This document shows, one piece after another, positions 60,833 to 64,000 of a DNA stretch of 64,000 nucleotides. Source of the DNA: Moniliella sp. 'wahieum' (Eukaryota); contig RSEE01000166.1 of the NCBI GenBank assembly GCA_003971905.1, positions 1 to 64,000 of the forward strand, read 5' to 3'. Positions within the stretch are counted from its first letter, which is position 1. Each line of letters starts with the position of its first letter. Made by a program: the position numbers and the translations under genes. The notes below the pieces were generated by a model. The model was not told where the DNA came from. It saw only the letters and a program-made list of their open reading frames with translations, and searched no databases.

Positions 60833-61116
60833 GGCGGGCGGCAAGGCGAGGGCGAAGACGAGGGCGAGGGCGAGGGCTGCGTTCCCCGCCAGCCGACGCG
60901 ACGGGCGGAAGCAGATGGAGGGCAGGCGCACGCGAGTCACGTGACCAGGCCGGCTTAACTCCGTCCTTGCCACCCAGGCACGGGGGCTGTGTGGAAGTTA
61001 GCCCGTACGCGTAAGCCCGGGTAGCGCCGGCTGGCTGCGCTGGCACCTAACCGTCTGCTCCCGGCGGCTTCTTGGTGGGGCTTGCTTGGCCTGCCCCCAC
61101 CGCCCGTGTCTGCGCC

Positions 61117-61969
61117 ATGCTCGCCCCCCTCCGCGCCGCCCTGCGTCCGTCGCTCGCACACGGCGTCCGCGCTGTGTCCACCGCCGCCGCCACCCGCCCC
61201 GCTGCCGCCGCCACCGCCCGCTGGTCCGCCGCCGCTGCCACGGTCGCCCTCGCTGCCACGGGCCTCTACCGCCGCGGCGCCCCCGCTGCACCTCGAGGGC
61301 CGCTCCAGCTACGACCAGCGTCTCTCCCACATCACCCGCGCCGCCGCCGCCGCCGCGCCGCAGCAGCAGGAAGAGTCCTACACCCACCCCTCGTCCAGCG
61401 CCAACGCGCCCCCCCGTCGCAAGACGTACCACGAGCGGATTGCGATCATCAATGAGTCTGAGCAGACCGTCGATCAGTTCTCCGTGGAGGGACAAGGTAT
61501 GTTACTATCCCCCTCTGACTGCGTCTCTCGTGACGCGTGACCGGGACGAAACTGACTTCGTCAAATCCGAAATCCGCAATGCTAGATGCCGAGGCGGTCG
61601 AGGAGGTGGCCGAAGCTATTGTCGACGCCGAACTGGCTACCTTGAAGGCCGAGGCCGAGGCTGCCTTGTCGGACGAGCCTCAGTCGGCGGCGTTTGACCC
61701 GCTTACGGGCCAGATCAACTGGGACTGCCCTTGCCTCGGTGGCATGGCCCACGGCCCGTGTGGGGAAGAGTTCAAGTTGGCGTTCAGCTGCTTTGTGTTT
61801 AGTGAGGCCGAGCCCAAGGGGATCAACTGTGTGGACAAGTTCCAAAACATGCAGACCTGCTTCCGCAAGCACCCCGATGTCTATGCCGAGGAGATTTCCG
61901 ACGATGAAGAGGCCTCGCGTGCGGCTCAAGCCGAGGCGGAAGCCGAGGCCGAGACCCCCCTCCACATAA
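61117..61969 (+). CDS. MIA40: mitochondrial intermembrane space oxidoreductase Mia40
   Basis: Presequence [11 protein letters not shown]...; [35 protein letters not shown]...[23 protein letters not shown] (CPC + twin CX9C). Intron ~61497-61584. Confidence 0.96.
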
Positions 61970-63276
61970 GACCTGCATGCCCCACCCCAAATAACACACA
62001 CCACTCGTTGCCTCTAATTGTGCCCACGTCTTGAACTGTTCTTCCAATGCTGACGCGCTGATGGTGCAGCGTGGATTGGAGAACCAAAAGCTGTTCAACA
62101 GGCTGTTGCCTGGAAAAATGTGATGCTTTGACAGCAAAGACGGAATGGGCGAAGCAAGGCGTTGTAGCCCAGGAATTAGTTGCGATTAGAAGGAAACTTC
62201 TTGTAGTCGGGGGGACGCTGCAGCCTCAAAAACAGTCAGTGAGGAATCGCGTCAGGAGGGGAGTTGGAATGTGTAGGTTCTCCTGTTGCTTGGATGTTTG
62301 GTCGACTACAAATATACCCCCACGGCGAGTAAAGCTCAGGCCCGAGACTATGGGGCAGACAACCCCATGGGTTAACGACTGCACTGGGTGAGGGGGCCTG
62401 GCCCAGGACCAGTTCGCTGGGATCACCGTCAAAGCAAAAGAGAAAACGGGCTAAGTACCATTCGTGAGGGCCCGAGAAGAAAATTGGGGGAACAGCACGA
62501 GTTCCCGCGCCTGCAGTGTTTCCCAGGTGACCACGAATGAGCCACTATCCCAGCGGAGAAGGCGGCACAGTTATGCACGTTGTCTCCTTGTCCTTGTCCT
62601 TGGTCTTCTTGAGCGTCTAATCGGCTGGGCATCCGCACTGCGAGAAAGAGCCCAAGTCGCACGCAAAGTACATTTCCTTGAGCGAAACAAGAGGCTGCGA
62701 GCAACAAGAGAGATACAGAGATGAAGAAGCAAGCAGATACCCTCGCTGGCCTTGCAGCGATCCAGACTACTAAGCTACAGCTACTCGGCGCAGCCCATCA
62801 AGCACGTACTCGGACTGCGCCTACGGGCGGAGCCCCCTCTTGCCATGTGCGAACGCGGTACGCTGACCGGGCGTGAGGCAGGCTGGTCCAGTACCCGGGG
62901 TGTACCGCGGCATACCAACCTCCCGCGACCCGCATCCATCCTCTGCCTTGGCATACGCTCCCCCCACAACCAAAACAGCCCAGTCCGCCTCCTCCTCCTC
63001 CCCCCACCACCACTAACACACACCTAAGCTATAGACGAGCATGCCACACCCAATCTCATCTCGCGTCTCGTGAGTGGGATTAACGACCAAACATTCATCC
63101 AGGCCGGCCAATCTTACCCCTGATAACAGGATAGGCGGTGTTTCTGCCTCATTTTACCGTATATGGTGCCGTCCGCTCTCGGCATGGCAGCACCAACCGC
63201 AGCACGTAGCAGTAGGAGGAGGAGGAGCAAAAACGAACGCGCGGAAAGCAGGTCGGTCACTACTGTGCAGGGCGAC

Positions 63277-63895
63277 TTATTGAGGCGTGTCCGTCTCTGT
63301 CTTCCCGTCCTCTTCGCGCAGCTGAGCGACACGGAGCTGGTTGCGTTTGCCCAGCACGCGCAGCGTGCGCTCCCGCTCCAGCTCGGTCATCTTGGCCCAG
63401 TTCTCGATCCTCGAGAGGGTCTGTGGGTATGGGTATGGGCACGGGGGCGAGGCAAGGCAAGGCAGGAGAAGGCAAAGGTCAGGGTACGATCGTTCGTGAA
63501 CCACACCATACGCTGGCAAGGCCACCAACAAAGGTGGCAAGCAGGATGGAGCAAGCACGTACCCCATTGGAGTTGACGACGAGCGGGCCGAGCTGGTCAA
63601 ACTTGAGGTTGGCCGAGCCGGAAGACAAGTCGAGCTGCTGCGCATCGGACGGGTGCTCTGGGGAGGCTCAATGTACCCGCTCACGTGCTGCGGTGTTTCG
63701 TCCGGTGCGGATGGCATGGGAGGCAAGAGGCAAGAGGCGGCTGGAAGGGGCTGAGCGGGGCCTGAGCAGGCGGAGGCAGTTCAGTTGAACGTTGAGGGCG
63801 GGGAGGACGGGGGCCACTGGCATTGGGGCCGTGGCGAAACAGACGACAGACTGGGTCAACGCAAAGACTGCAATGTTCAGATGAATGGTTCAACA
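63277..63895 (-). CDS. conserved small fungal hypothetical protein
   Basis: FDQLGPLVVNSNG|TLSRIENWAKMTELERERTLRVLGKRNQLR across an intron; a motif I recognise from small conserved fungal proteins of unknown function. Start uncertain. Confidence 0.7.
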
Positions 63896-64000
63896 TCCGA
63901 ACCACACACGCACGCACACGCTCTACTTCTCCTGCCGCGTCGATGACTTGGCTTGCGTGAGGAATGAATTTCTGTCGCCTAATACGTGCTTTTGCATCTA

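Noticed and set aside
20725..63895. Mass pseudogenisation or programmed frameshifting of core genes
   Set aside because: Single-base indels hit nearly every gene, including essential ones (WBP1, NSE1, MIA40), and the tRNA. An unpolished long-read consensus explains this best.

Overview
Eukaryotic, GC-rich, intron-containing fungal DNA, most consistent with a basidiomycete (smut-like/Ustilaginomycotina is my inference). It is probably the left end of a chromosome or contig. 1-1979 is a ~49-copy 40-bp tandem array, followed by degenerate CCCTAA-like repeats and a young, full-length Ty1/copia LTR retrotransposon (2188-7240, TTGCC target duplication). An accessory subtelomeric zone runs to ~20.7 kb: an unknown gene, a SAM methyltransferase, a velvet-domain gene, a solo LTR nested in a gypsy relic, and a possible tyrosine-recombinase relic. 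From ~20.7 kb there is a compact block of core genes: ubiquitin-specific protease, flavin reductase-like, NSE1, LysM protein, histone H1, SHR3, ELP2, myosin light chain, WBP1, ankyrin-CCCH protein, RRM-like, NTF2-like, HSF-type TF, BCKDH E1-beta, tRNA-Leu, LDAH-like hydrolase, MIA40 and others. Nearly every gene carries single-base frameshifts, which looks like an unpolished long-read consensus, so CDS ends are approximate. The most striking observations are: (1) a whole phosphopantetheine adenylyltransferase (Cab4-like) module nested inside the WD40 sequence of Elongator subunit Elp2; (2) the 40-bp array in the telomere position, with a block of micro-inverted variant units; (3) copia gag and pol in frame but separated by a single UAG. 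All family calls come from motif recognition by eye; no database searches were run.
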